Part shown: piece by piece, positions 9,883 through 20,031 of the stretch
Numbering within the stretch: position 1 is the first letter of the stretch
Layout: each line of letters begins with the position of its first letter
Sequence record: SRR31156797_1383
Reading direction: 5' to 3' (one strand)
DNA: 47,922 nucleotides
The notes under the pieces: generated by a model
The model's input: the letters and a program-made list of their open reading frames with translations, nothing else
Told to the model about the DNA's origin: nothing
The model's database searches: none
Made by a program: the position numbers and the translations under genes

Positions 9883-11102
9883 AAAGAGATATACTATTTA
9901 TGTGCCAATTCTTTTATCCAGAGTATGTTTCTTCGGCACTCTTACCTTATCAGACTGCTCAAGGATTAAGTAAAGCAGGTCTAACAGTCGATGTCCTATG
10001 TGGTTATCCTCGAGAATATACACAAAAAAATGAAAAAATACCAGTTAACGAAAAAATCGACGATATGACGGTTTATCGAAAAAAATATATCCAACTTGGC
10101 AGAAAGAATTTTTTAAGTAGACTAATAAATTACTTTTCATTTACATTCACAATATTATTGAATGTACGGATGTGTAGAAATTACAAAACAATCATTGTCT
10201 ATTCAAACCCACCTATTTTGCCTGTAATATCCATTATTGCAAAAAAACTTTATGGATGTAAAATTGTTTTTGTTGCATATGATCTTTATCCTGAAATTGC
10301 TGAAAGAACAGATACGATTAGGAAGAATAGTTTTATTTCTAGATTTATGCGAAAAACAAATGAACGATTATATCCGGAAGCATCAAATATTGTGGCTTTG
10401 TCAAATGACATGAAATCGTATATTAAAAAAAATAGGAACATTGATCCAGAAAGAATAATAGTAATACCAAATTGGGCAACAGAAGAAAAATCATTGAATA
10501 AACTAGTGACACCGGAGTTCATAGAGATAAGTAATAAGTATCCACTCATAGTTTCTTATTTTGGTAATATGGGAACGGCACAGGATATGGATACCATTTT
10601 GAAGACAATTTCTGATGAACGTATTGCTAAAGAAAAAATCGCCTTTTTATTTGCTGGTCACGGCAATAAGAAAAAAGAAATATCAGAAGTCATCGCAGAA
10701 AAAAGTCTAAAGAATTGCTTTATGTTTGATTATTTAAGTGGGAATGAATTTAATGATGCTTTAAGCATTACTTCTATATTTATTGTTTCACTTGAAGATG
10801 GTCTCTCTGGATTAGCAGTTCCTAGTAAAACATACAGTTATTATCAAGCCGAAAAACCAGTAATTGCGATCATGGATACGAACACTGACATTGCTCGTGA
10901 ATTATTATTAAATAACGCAGGGATCGCAGTGGATAATGGAAACTCGGAAGAATTAATAAGTAGTTTATTGACTTTAAATAATGATAAAACAACACTTCGC
11001 TCTATGAGTAAGAATATGTCAACCAAAGTTTCCAAAAACTATTGTAGAAATATTCAAATTCAAAAATACATTAAATTATTCAAAAGAATATTGGAGGAAT
11101 AA
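9879..11102 (+). CDS. capL: GT4 glycosyltransferase, CapL/WbuB-like L-FucNAc transferase
   Basis: CQFFYPEYVSSA, VYSNPPILP, YDLYPE, IPNW, YFGNMG, AVPSKTY motifs typical of CapL/WbuB. Confidence 0.82.
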   Translation: MKRDILFMCQFFYPEYVSSALLPYQTAQGLSKAGLTVDVLCGYPREYTQKNEKIPVNEKIDDMTVYRKKYIQLGRKNFLSRLINYFSFTFTILLNVRMCRNYKTIIVYSNPPILPVISIIAKKLYGCKIVFVAYDLYPEIAERTDTIRKNSFISRFMRKTNERLYPEASNIVALSNDMKSYIKKNRNIDPERIIVIPNWATEEKSLNKLVTPEFIEISNKYPLIVSYFGNMGTAQDMDTILKTISDERIAKEKIAFLFAGHGNKKKEISEVIAEKSLKNCFMFDYLSGNEFNDALSITSIFIVSLEDGLSGLAVPSKTYSYYQAEKPVIAIMDTNTDIARELLLNNAGIAVDNGNSEELISSLLTLNNDKTTLRSMSKNMSTKVSKNYCRNIQIQKYIKLFKRILEE

Positions 11103-11104
11103 AA

Positions 11105-12127
11105 GTGTTTAATAATAAAGTGTTATTAATAACAGGTGGTACAGGTTCATTTGGTAATGCAGTAATGAAAAGATTTTTAGACTCCGATATAAAAGAAATC
11201 CGTATCTTCTCTCGAGATGAAAAGAAACAAGATGATATGAGAAAGAAATACAACAATGACAAATTGAAATTTTATATTGGGGATGTACGCGATATAAATA
11301 GTGTTAAAAATGCAATGTACGGAGTAGATTACATATTTCATGCGGCTGCTTTAAAACAAGTTCCTTCATGTGAATTCTTTCCGATGGAAGCTGTTAAAAC
11401 AAATGTCATGGGTACGGATAATGTTGTGACAGCTGCTGTTGAGATGGGGGTAAAAAAAGTTATTTGTCTTTCAACAGATAAAGCAGCTTATCCAATCAAC
11501 GCAATGGGGATTTCAAAGGCAATGATGGAGAAGGTTTTTGTAGCAAAAGCAAAAACTGTGGCAGATGAAAATACAATGATTTGCGGAACTCGTTATGGTA
11601 ATGTCATGGCATCCAGAGGTTCTGTGATTCCATTATTTATTGAGCAAATAAAAGCAGGAAAACCGTTAACTGTTACGGACCCGGGCATGACTAGATTCTT
11701 GATGAGTTTAGAAGAAGCAGTTGAATTAGTTGTTTTTGCATTTCAAAATGCAAAAGCAGGAGACATCATGGTTCAAAAATCTCCTGCGTCAACGGTAGGT
11801 GATCTAGCACAAGCAGTGAAAGAACTTTTTAAAGTTGAAAATGAGATTCAAATTATAGGCACCCGTCATGGTGAGAAAAGATATGAAACGCTTCTTACAA
11901 AAGAAGAATATCTCGTTGCGAAAGATATGGGCGGCTTCTATCGTGTACCAGCCGATACTAGAGATCTTAATTACGAGAAATATTTTAGCGAAGGCAGTAC
12001 CGAATTGACACACGAAGGCGAATACAATTCTGATAATACGGAACGACTATCTGTAGAACAAATCAAGGAAAAATTATTAGCATTAGATTATGTTCAAGAA
12101 GAGTTGAAAGAGTGGAAAAATCGATGA
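11105..12127 (+). CDS. capE: UDP-GlcNAc 4,6-dehydratase/5-epimerase CapE (FnlA)
   Basis: LITGGTGSFG, FSRDEKKQDDMR, HAAALKQVPSCEFFP, STDKAAYPINAMGISKAMMEK, GTRHGEK. Confidence 0.95.
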   Translation: MFNNKVLLITGGTGSFGNAVMKRFLDSDIKEIRIFSRDEKKQDDMRKKYNNDKLKFYIGDVRDINSVKNAMYGVDYIFHAAALKQVPSCEFFPMEAVKTNVMGTDNVVTAAVEMGVKKVICLSTDKAAYPINAMGISKAMMEKVFVAKAKTVADENTMICGTRYGNVMASRGSVIPLFIEQIKAGKPLTVTDPGMTRFLMSLEEAVELVVFAFQNAKAGDIMVQKSPASTVGDLAQAVKELFKVENEIQIIGTRHGEKRYETLLTKEEYLVAKDMGGFYRVPADTRDLNYEKYFSEGSTELTHEGEYNSDNTERLSVEQIKEKLLALDYVQEELKEWKNR

Positions 12128-13233
12128 ATATTTTAGTTACAGGAGCCAATGGATTTGTAGGTAAAAATTTAATTGCAGAGCTTCGAAACGAAGGTTATGA
12201 AAATGTTTTTGAATATGATATAGATACTCCTCCACATTTATTAGATGAATATTGCTTAAAAGCAGATTTTGTTTTCCATTTAGCGGGCGTGAATCGACCC
12301 AAGGAAGAAGAAGAGTTTATGGAAGGGAATTTCGGTTTCACCTCAGTTCTTCTAGATAAACTAAAGGAATACAACAATACATGTCCAGTAATGATATCAT
12401 CCTCTATTCAAGCTGCTCTTAACAATGCTTATGGTCGCAGTAAGAAAGCTGGAGAAGATCTCTTACGAAAATATCAAAGTGAAACTGGAGCGAAAGTCTA
12501 CATTTATCGATTCTCTAATTTGTATGGAAAATGGTCGAAACCAAATTATAATACGGTAGTAGCGACTTTTTGTTATAAAGTGGCTCGAGGTGAAGAAATA
12601 ACCGTCAATGATAAAAATGCAGAAATTGAACTTTGCTATATTGATGATGTTATTAAGGAATTGCTGCATTGCCTTCAAGCAAAACCATTTATTGTCGATG
12701 ACTTTTGTTCAGTAAGAGAAACGGATACAGTAACTGTGGGCGCTTTGAGAGATATAATTCTTTCTTTTAAAGAAAGTAGAAGAAATCTATCTGTACCTCA
12801 ATTAAATCGTAGAATAGAAAAAAATCTGTATAGTACATTTCTTAGCTTTTTACCAGAGGATGAGTTTTCATATCCTTTAAAGATGAATATCGATGATCGC
12901 GGATCATTCACCGAATTTTTGAGGACTGAAGATCGCGGACAAGTCTCAATTAATATTTCAAAGCCGGGGATTGTTAAAGGAAATCACTGGCATCATACCA
13001 AAAATGAGAAATTTCTGGTAGTAAGTGGAAAAGGCGTTATCCGCTTTAGAAAGATTGGTTCTGAAGAAATTATCGAGTATTTTGTTTCTGGTGAGAAATT
13101 AGAAGTAGTCGATATACCTGTTGGTTATACTCATAATATTGAGAACCTAGGTAATACTGACATGGTCACTGTTATGTGGGTAAACGAAACGTTTGACCCT
13201 GAAAATCCTGATACTTATTACGTGGAGGTCTAG
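12124..13233 (+). CDS. capF: UDP-L-FucNAc pathway 3-epimerase/4-reductase CapF (FnlB)
   Basis: ILVTGANGFVG, HLAGVNRP, C-terminal cupin DDRGSFTEF..KGNHWHHTKNEKF; ATG 12124 overlaps the capE stop (ATGA). Confidence 0.95.
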   Translation: MNILVTGANGFVGKNLIAELRNEGYENVFEYDIDTPPHLLDEYCLKADFVFHLAGVNRPKEEEEFMEGNFGFTSVLLDKLKEYNNTCPVMISSSIQAALNNAYGRSKKAGEDLLRKYQSETGAKVYIYRFSNLYGKWSKPNYNTVVATFCYKVARGEEITVNDKNAEIELCYIDDVIKELLHCLQAKPFIVDDFCSVRETDTVTVGALRDIILSFKESRRNLSVPQLNRRIEKNLYSTFLSFLPEDEFSYPLKMNIDDRGSFTEFLRTEDRGQVSINISKPGIVKGNHWHHTKNEKFLVVSGKGVIRFRKIGSEEIIEYFVSGEKLEVVDIPVGYTHNIENLGNTDMVTVMWVNETFDPENPDTYYVEV

Positions 13234-13235
13234 CA

Positions 13236-14360
13236 TTGAAAAAATTAAAAGTTATGACAGTCGTTGGGACTCGTCCAGAAATCATTCGCTTATCTGCAGT
13301 TATTAATCGTTTAGAGAGTTCTGAAGCGATTGACCATGTACTTGTACATACTGGTCAAAACTATGATTATGAACTAAATGAAGTTTTCTTTGAAGACTTT
13401 AAATTAAAGAAGCCAGATTATTTTTTGAATGCAGCAACAGGTACAGCCATTGAAACCGTTGGGAATATACTGATCAAAATAGATCCAATTCTTGAAGAAG
13501 TAAAACCAGATGCATTTTTGGTCTTGGGAGATACCAACAGTTGTTTATGTGCCATTGCCGCGAAGCGAAGACACATTCCTATTTTTCATATGGAAGCTGG
13601 AAATCGCTGTTTTGATCAAAGAGTACCAGAAGAAACAAATCGAAAAATTGTTGACCATACAGCTGATATTAATTTAACGTATAGTGATATCGCCAGAGAA
13701 TATTTATTGAGAGAAGGGCTTCCAGCGGATCGAATCATTAAAACCGGTAGTCCCATGTTTGAAGTGTTGAATTCTAGAAAAAAAGATATTGAGCACTCAC
13801 CTATTTTGGAAAAACTAAGCCTTAAGCAAAATGAGTACTTTTTAGTATCGGCACATAGAGAAGAAAATATCAGTTCAAAAGAAAATTTTCATGATCTAGT
13901 GGATTCACTAAACTCAATTGCTGAAGAGTATCAATATCCAATCATTATTAGTACCCATCCACGGACAATGAAAATGATAGAAGCAGAGGGAGTTCAATTC
14001 CATAAATTGATTCAAACTATGAAACCTATGGGTTTTAATGATTATAATAAACTTCAAATGAACGCTAAAGCTGTTTTAAGTGATAGTGGTACGATTAGTG
14101 AAGAAGCATCGATCCTCGGGTTTAAAGCTTTAAATATCCGTCAGGCCCATGAAAGACCAGAAGCTATGGAAGAAGCTAGTGTGATGATGGTTGGTTTAAA
14201 GAAAACCAGAATTCTTGAAGGATTAGAAGTTTTAGAGGCACAAGAAGATGATACTCTCCGACAAGTATCAGATTATTCAATGCCAAATGTGTCAGAGAAG
14301 GTGTTAAGGATTATTATTTCTTATACAGATTATGTGAATCGTGTGGTGTGGAATAAGTGA
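13236..14360 (+). CDS. capG: UDP-2-acetamido-2,6-dideoxy-L-talose 2-epimerase CapG (FnlC; WecB-like fold)
   Basis: VVGTRPEIIRLS, HTGQNYDYELN, LGDTNS, HMEAGNRCFDQRVPEETNR, SDSGTISEE, ERPEAMEE; directly after capE-capF. Confidence 0.93.
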   Translation: MKKLKVMTVVGTRPEIIRLSAVINRLESSEAIDHVLVHTGQNYDYELNEVFFEDFKLKKPDYFLNAATGTAIETVGNILIKIDPILEEVKPDAFLVLGDTNSCLCAIAAKRRHIPIFHMEAGNRCFDQRVPEETNRKIVDHTADINLTYSDIAREYLLREGLPADRIIKTGSPMFEVLNSRKKDIEHSPILEKLSLKQNEYFLVSAHREENISSKENFHDLVDSLNSIAEEYQYPIIISTHPRTMKMIEAEGVQFHKLIQTMKPMGFNDYNKLQMNAKAVLSDSGTISEEASILGFKALNIRQAHERPEAMEEASVMMVGLKKTRILEGLEVLEAQEDDTLRQVSDYSMPNVSEKVLRIIISYTDYVNRVVWNK

Positions 14361-14995
14361 ATACATTAATAAAAAATATATTATTAATACCGTATAAGCT
14401 TTTGAATAGAATCTCCATTTTTACCTATATTAATAATTGTCAATTTGAGAAGAATATTGCTATATCTACAAGAAACAAAATATATAGCACTACCATAAAA
14501 GAATATAGTTATTTGGGAAAAAGAAATGTTGTTATAAATACTGATATTGGAAAATATTGTTCCATAGGTTCAAATTGTTCCATAGGTTTGCCTAGTCATC
14601 CCATTAATTTTGTATCTACTTCCCCAGTCTTTTTAAAAGGAAAAAACATACTCAGAAAAAATATTGCTAGCATTGATTTTGATCCATATGAAAAAAAAAC
14701 TATTATAGAGAATGATGTTTGGATAGGTAATAATGTGATTATTAAACAAGGTATTAAAATTTGTAATGGTTCTGTAATTGGGATGGGGGCAGTACTTACA
14801 AAAGATGTAGGACCTTATGAAGTTTGGGGTGGAAATCCAGCGAAGTTATTAAAAAAAAGGTTTGATCATTCAATTGAAAAAAAATTGATCGATAGCGAGT
14901 GGTGGGATGCTTCTACTGATATTTTAATTGAATGTGGTCAATATATTAATAATCCTACTGAATTTTTAGATGCTCTTATGAAAGGGGAAGATTAA
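14357..14995 (+). CDS. CatB/XAT-family hexapeptide O-acetyltransferase (Cap5H-like)
   Basis: IGKYCSIG, HPINFVSTSPVF, IENDVWIG, AVLTKDVGPYEVWGGNPAK, WWD; position in the capsule locus favours a polysaccharide O-acetyltransferase. Confidence 0.82.
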   Translation: MNTLIKNILLIPYKLLNRISIFTYINNCQFEKNIAISTRNKIYSTTIKEYSYLGKRNVVINTDIGKYCSIGSNCSIGLPSHPINFVSTSPVFLKGKNILRKNIASIDFDPYEKKTIIENDVWIGNNVIIKQGIKICNGSVIGMGAVLTKDVGPYEVWGGNPAKLLKKRFDHSIEKKLIDSEWWDASTDILIECGQYINNPTEFLDALMKGED

Positions 14996-16152
14996 TGATG
15001 AAAATCGTACATGTTTGCTTAGCAGCATTTTATGTTGATAATTATTCATATCAAGAGAATATATTGCCCAGATATCATAAGAAATTAGGTAACGAAGTAA
15101 GTATTATAGCTTCCTTAGAAACATATAGTGAAAGCGGAGAACTAACATATTTATCTTCTCCAGTTAGTTATTTGAACGAAGATGAGATTCCGGTATTTCG
15201 AATAGGTTATTCTAATATCCCTTTTAAGAAAAAACTAAGGAAATATAATGGCTATTATAATCTGCTCGAAAAAATAAATCCTGATATTATTTTTATGCAT
15301 GGACCTCAGACGTTCGAATTAATTAATACTAAAAAATTCAAAAATAAATACCCTGATACTAAGATTATAGTAGACAATCATGCTAGTTCTTTAAATTCAG
15401 CTAACTCGTTTTTTTCAAAATATATTTTGCATAGATTTTATTATAATTTAATTAATAAAATGGCAGAGAAAAGTATAGATAAATATTTTGCTGTTACTCC
15501 TCAATGTAAAAATTTTTTAATAGATAATTATAAAATTAATGATAAAAAAATAGATATGCTTTACTTGGGATATGAAGAAACAAATCTTTCTTTTTCTGAA
15601 ATTGAAAATAAAAGAAGTTCAGTAAGAAAAAAATATAATATTGATTCACAATCAATAGTTTTGATAACCGGGGGAAAAATAACACCTAATAAGAAATTAG
15701 ATTATGTAATAGACGTTTTTGATAATATAGAAAGTCCAAATGTTAAACTAATAGTGTTTGGAACATTTACCAATGATTCTAAGAACTTAGAAAGTAAATT
15801 AAAAAGTGATAGCGACGTTATTTTATTAGGGTGGCAGTCATCGGAAGAAATAAATGAGCTATTAATTGCTGCTGACATAGCTTTTTTTCCTGGAAGTCAA
15901 TCTGTAATCTGGCAACAAGCAATTGGATCTGGATTAGTTTTGATAGTTGCCGAGGAAGAGGATGTCCAATATCTAGATTCTGGTGGAAATGTAGTATTTG
16001 TGAGTCGTGAATCGATAGAGGATGGTGTAAAAAAAATAGATTCTTTAATTAATAATAAAAAGCGGTTAAATAATTTGAAACAAATTTCAAAAACGTTAGG
16101 GAAACAAAAATTTTCTTATTCTAATATTGCAGAAAAGTCTATAAAACTCTAA
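14995..16152 (+). CDS. GT4 family glycosyltransferase
   Basis: YSYQENILP, PDIIFMHG, LITGGKITPNK, ADIAFFPGSQSVIWQQAIGSG (GT-B C-terminal motif). Confidence 0.85.
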   Translation: MMKIVHVCLAAFYVDNYSYQENILPRYHKKLGNEVSIIASLETYSESGELTYLSSPVSYLNEDEIPVFRIGYSNIPFKKKLRKYNGYYNLLEKINPDIIFMHGPQTFELINTKKFKNKYPDTKIIVDNHASSLNSANSFFSKYILHRFYYNLINKMAEKSIDKYFAVTPQCKNFLIDNYKINDKKIDMLYLGYEETNLSFSEIENKRSSVRKKYNIDSQSIVLITGGKITPNKKLDYVIDVFDNIESPNVKLIVFGTFTNDSKNLESKLKSDSDVILLGWQSSEEINELLIAADIAFFPGSQSVIWQQAIGSGLVLIVAEEEDVQYLDSGGNVVFVSRESIEDGVKKIDSLINNKKRLNNLKQISKTLGKQKFSYSNIAEKSIKL

Positions 16153-16195
16153 TCTATTTCTTTTAATACTTTATACATGTTTTGGAGGAATCAAA

Positions 16196-17395
16196 GTGAT
16201 AAAAAAAAAGTTTGTTACAGATGTAATACTTAACATTATAGCATCACTTTTACTTACCTCTATATTGCAAATTATCGTACTTCCTGTAATTTCAGCTAGA
16301 GTATATCAGGATACCTTTGGAGAGATTCTGACTTTACAAGGAATCTCAAACGCAATAGGTGTCATGTTTGGTGCTTCTCTTAATAATATATTATTAATCA
16401 AAGCAAATAGTTATGATAATCAGTCTCTTACTGCAACTTTCAGCAGATTATTTCGATCTTCAATTATTTATGCAACTATTCTATCATTCCCACTACTTTT
16501 GTTTTTTGGAAAAGAACAAGGAGTAGTAATCGCTTTATTAATGATAGTATACACAATAGGTATTCTTATTAGATCTTATTTAACTGTCTATTATAGGTTA
16601 AATCTGGAGTATAAAAAAATCCTTTTACATGTAATAATAACATCATTAGGTTATCTATTAGGTATAGTAATCTTTTTTATTAATGATGAATGGATTTCAA
16701 TCTATCTTATCGGTGAGTTATTTTCTGTTTTATATTTGTTTTATACAATCAGACCCAAATTTCTCATTAGACAAAAAGATGGTATTTTTTTTCAAATAAG
16801 AAAAGATTTTAGTAATTTTTTTATCTCTTCAATGTTGACAAATGTATTACTTTATTTAGACAGACTTCTAATTAATCCTATTCTTGGTGCTAGTGATGTT
16901 GCTGTTTTTTTTGCTGCTTCCGTAGTCGGAAAATTAATAGGTATTGTCATGCAACCCTTATCGGGAGTTATATTAAGTTATATTTCGGTTGATATTACCG
17001 AGAAACCATCAAAAGTTTTCAAGTATTCCTTAGGTATTTCTTCGGGTATAGGAATTTTATTTTTTTCCGGAGCATACTTTGCTACACCATTTCTTTTAGA
17101 AGTACTGTATCCGGATTTATTCTTAGAAGCATTACCATTATATGTACTTTGTAATCTTATTGCGGTCTTAAATATGATTAGTACGATAATTCAGCCACTG
17201 TCTTTGAAATTTTGTCCAACATATTGGCAAGCAAGAATTCAAATTATTTATTTTATTTGTTTTTTCACTCTGTCACTTACTTTTTTGTATTTTTACGGAT
17301 TATATGGATTCATTATTGGAAGTATTGTATCTCAAATATTAAGATTAATTGTAATAATTTTTGTAACAAATTATTATACACAGGAGGAAAAATAA
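16196..17395 (+). CDS. wzx: Wzx-type repeat-unit flippase (Cap5K-like)
   Basis: About 12 hydrophobic segments; FGEILT..GASLNNI, YLDRLLINPILG, VILSYI match recalled Cap5K-type flippases. Confidence 0.78.
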   Translation: MIKKKFVTDVILNIIASLLLTSILQIIVLPVISARVYQDTFGEILTLQGISNAIGVMFGASLNNILLIKANSYDNQSLTATFSRLFRSSIIYATILSFPLLLFFGKEQGVVIALLMIVYTIGILIRSYLTVYYRLNLEYKKILLHVIITSLGYLLGIVIFFINDEWISIYLIGELFSVLYLFYTIRPKFLIRQKDGIFFQIRKDFSNFFISSMLTNVLLYLDRLLINPILGASDVAVFFAASVVGKLIGIVMQPLSGVILSYISVDITEKPSKVFKYSLGISSGIGILFFSGAYFATPFLLEVLYPDLFLEALPLYVLCNLIAVLNMISTIIQPLSLKFCPTYWQARIQIIYFICFFTLSLTFLYFYGLYGFIIGSIVSQILRLIVIIFVTNYYTQEEK

Positions 17396-18697
17396 ATGTT
17401 ATATACGAAAATTCAAGAAAAAAAAGCGATATTAGGTGTATTAGGTTTAGGTTATGTTGGCCTTCCTTTAGCTGTTGAAAAAGCAAATGCGGGATTTAAA
17501 ACAGTAGGATATGATATACAAAAAGATAAAGTTGACTTAGTAAATTCTGGTATCAACTATATCGGTGACATACTTGATGACGAGTTAAAGAATCTTGTAG
17601 AGACAAAAAGATTATCAGCTACAGATGACATATCGTTTGTAAGCAAATGTGATGCTGTAGCAATTTGTGTTCCCACTCCATTAGATGAACATCAGAGTCC
17701 TGATATAAGTTATGTAATTGATTCTGCTGAAAGTATTGTTCCATTTATTCATAAAGATATGATTATAATCCTTGAATCTACTACTTATCCCGGTACAACC
17801 GAAGAATTGTTAAAACCAATTTTAGAAAAATCTGGTCTTATTTGTGGTAAAGATTTTTATTTAGCTTTTTCTCCAGAACGAGTGGATCCTGGAAATAAAA
17901 TATATAACACTAAAAATACACCTAAAGTGGTGGGGGGAGTTACATCAGATTGCGGCAAGATTGCAGCTTTGCTATATGAATCGATATTGGAAGCCCCAGT
18001 TCACCTAGTTTCATCTCCTGCTGTTGCAGAAATGGAAAAAATTCTGGAGAACACATATAGAAACGTTAATATTGGATTAATAAATGAATTAGCAATATTA
18101 GCTCATGAAATGAAAATTGATATATGGGAAGTTATCGAAGCTGCGAAAACAAAACCATATGGTTTTCAAGCATTTTATCCAGGACCAGGTTTAGGTGGTC
18201 ACTGTATACCTCTTGATCCTTATTATTTGTCATGGAAAGCAAGAGAATATGGCTTTCATACTACCATTATTGAGAACTCAATGGTTATAAATGACCGGAT
18301 GCCGAAATATACTGTAGATAGATGTGCTGAAATTCTGAATGACAATAAATTACCGCTAAATGGAAGTAAGATTTTGGTCCTTGGAGTAGCATACAAACAA
18401 GACATTGATGATTACAGAGAAAGTCCGGCTTTAAAAGTTATAGAAGAATTGGAGAAGAGAAAGACTGTTGTAGAGTTTTATGATCCTTATGTAAATGAAT
18501 TCAATTTTAAAGGACATAGAAAAATTGGACTTTCAACCTTAACAAAATATGATTTGCAAAGTGCAGATCTTGTTTTAATTACTACGGCACATTCTAATAT
18601 TGATTATGAATATGTTTACAATAATAGCACTTTAATTTTTGATACTAAAAATGTAATGAAAGACCTCAAGAATAGAGAAAATTTATTTGTGCTATAA
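17396..18697 (+). CDS. UDP-N-acetylhexosamine 6-dehydrogenase (WbpA/WecC/CapO family, WbpA-like subtype)
   Basis: GLGYVGLPLA, ICVPTP, LESTTYPGTT, FSPERVDPGN, KILENTYRNVNIGL, GPGLGGHCIPLDPYYLSWKAREY, DYRESP. Confidence 0.9.
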   Translation: MLYTKIQEKKAILGVLGLGYVGLPLAVEKANAGFKTVGYDIQKDKVDLVNSGINYIGDILDDELKNLVETKRLSATDDISFVSKCDAVAICVPTPLDEHQSPDISYVIDSAESIVPFIHKDMIIILESTTYPGTTEELLKPILEKSGLICGKDFYLAFSPERVDPGNKIYNTKNTPKVVGGVTSDCGKIAALLYESILEAPVHLVSSPAVAEMEKILENTYRNVNIGLINELAILAHEMKIDIWEVIEAAKTKPYGFQAFYPGPGLGGHCIPLDPYYLSWKAREYGFHTTIIENSMVINDRMPKYTVDRCAEILNDNKLPLNGSKILVLGVAYKQDIDDYRESPALKVIEELEKRKTVVEFYDPYVNEFNFKGHRKIGLSTLTKYDLQSADLVLITTAHSNIDYEYVYNNSTLIFDTKNVMKDLKNRENLFVL

Positions 18698-18735
18698 TAA
18701 ATAATTATAAAGTAGTCTAAATTGGAGGGGAATGT

Positions 18736-19989
18736 GTGAAAAAAAATATATCTGTATTTCTTTTTCTCTTTGTATATATAGTTGCTTTGATAACCAGTTA
18801 TTTATATTTTGTATCACCTTTATTTAGTTATATGGGTTTACGTACGGATGTTAATATGTATAAACTTTTTTTGGGATTAGTTGCCATTGTTTTTATCTAT
18901 TTTTTAATAGATAAAAACAATAAGGCTTCAAATCAATTATCCTATTTACTATTCATAAACTCAGTTATACCTGGATTAATTATTGGAGGGCTTGCTAATT
19001 ATAGTTACAAGTTTTATAGTATCTATATCTCAGCATATTTCTTACTGTACTTGTTATTAAAAATTTTACCTACTTTGAAAATAAAAACTATTAGATTATC
19101 CTATTTTAGTGAGGATTATTTTATCTATGGATTAGTTTTCATTACATTTTTAATTTTAAGTTATCAAGTATTTATATCAGGAGGACCTGATTTACGAGCT
19201 TTTAGTTCTGATGACTTATATGAGCTTCGTAGTGAACTAAATTTATCAGGAGTCATGGCTTATCTAATAAATTGGTTAGGAAAACTTTTTATACCGATTT
19301 TATTGGTTTATGCTATGTATTATAAAAAACCTATTTTAGCTATAGTAGCTGTTTTATTTCAAATATTGTTGTTCTCGACTACTGGACAAAAAACCTTACT
19401 ATTTTCAATAGCTTTAATTATTATAGGGATTTTTCTAGTGCGAATAAATTATTGGTATAAAGGTTTGCCTTTGTTTTACACATTTTGTTTATTGGTCTCA
19501 GCAATTTTCTATACCTTCTTCAATTCTATATTCGGTATTGGCATGTTTAGTGTAAGACAAAGTGCACTACCTCAATATATTAGTAGTAAATATATTGATT
19601 TTTTTGCGCAAAATCAATATTTAAATTTTAGTGAGGGAATGATTGGAAGTCTATTTAATATAAAAGAAGTTTATAGTATTCCGATTGCCAATATTATTTC
19701 AGGAAATATGTTGGTAAATGAGAATACCGGGTTCATATCAGATGCGTTTTCAAATGGTGGTTATATAGCCGTATATATTTTTATTTTATTGGCAGTTTTT
19801 CTTTTTAAATATATGGATTCCTTAACACATAGCTCAAAAAATGGTGGATTTTATGTATGTCTTATGCTATATCCTATAATATTTTTGAATGATAGTTCTC
19901 TTCTAACGCTTTTGCTAACTCATGGATTATTTTTATTGCTAATCTATATGTATTTATTGAGGTCATTAGAATCTCAAAATAAAATTTAA
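18736..19989 (+). CDS. wzy: Putative Wzy polysaccharide polymerase
   Basis: About 11-12 TM helices, very AT-rich, two extracytoplasmic loops (YELR; NTGFISDAFSNGGY); the only polymerase candidate in the locus. Confidence 0.65.
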   Translation: MKKNISVFLFLFVYIVALITSYLYFVSPLFSYMGLRTDVNMYKLFLGLVAIVFIYFLIDKNNKASNQLSYLLFINSVIPGLIIGGLANYSYKFYSIYISAYFLLYLLLKILPTLKIKTIRLSYFSEDYFIYGLVFITFLILSYQVFISGGPDLRAFSSDDLYELRSELNLSGVMAYLINWLGKLFIPILLVYAMYYKKPILAIVAVLFQILLFSTTGQKTLLFSIALIIIGIFLVRINYWYKGLPLFYTFCLLVSAIFYTFFNSIFGIGMFSVRQSALPQYISSKYIDFFAQNQYLNFSEGMIGSLFNIKEVYSIPIANIISGNMLVNENTGFISDAFSNGGYIAVYIFILLAVFLFKYMDSLTHSSKNGGFYVCLMLYPIIFLNDSSLLTLLLTHGLFLLLIYMYLLRSLESQNKI

Positions 19990-20031
19990 ACAACACTTTA
20001 TATAGTCGGTTGAAATGAAGGAGTATTAAAT

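Noticed and set aside
13236-14360. WecB/MnaA (UDP-ManNAc-forming) epimerase
   Set aside because: HTGQNYDYELN and EAGNRCFDQRVPEE motifs and the position after capE-capF indicate the CapG/FnlC subtype.
14357-14995. Possible chloramphenicol/streptogramin acetyltransferase (cat/vat) resistance gene
   Set aside because: Same XAT fold, but it overlaps neighbouring capsule genes in a cap5H-like position; O-acetyltransferase is the more parsimonious call.
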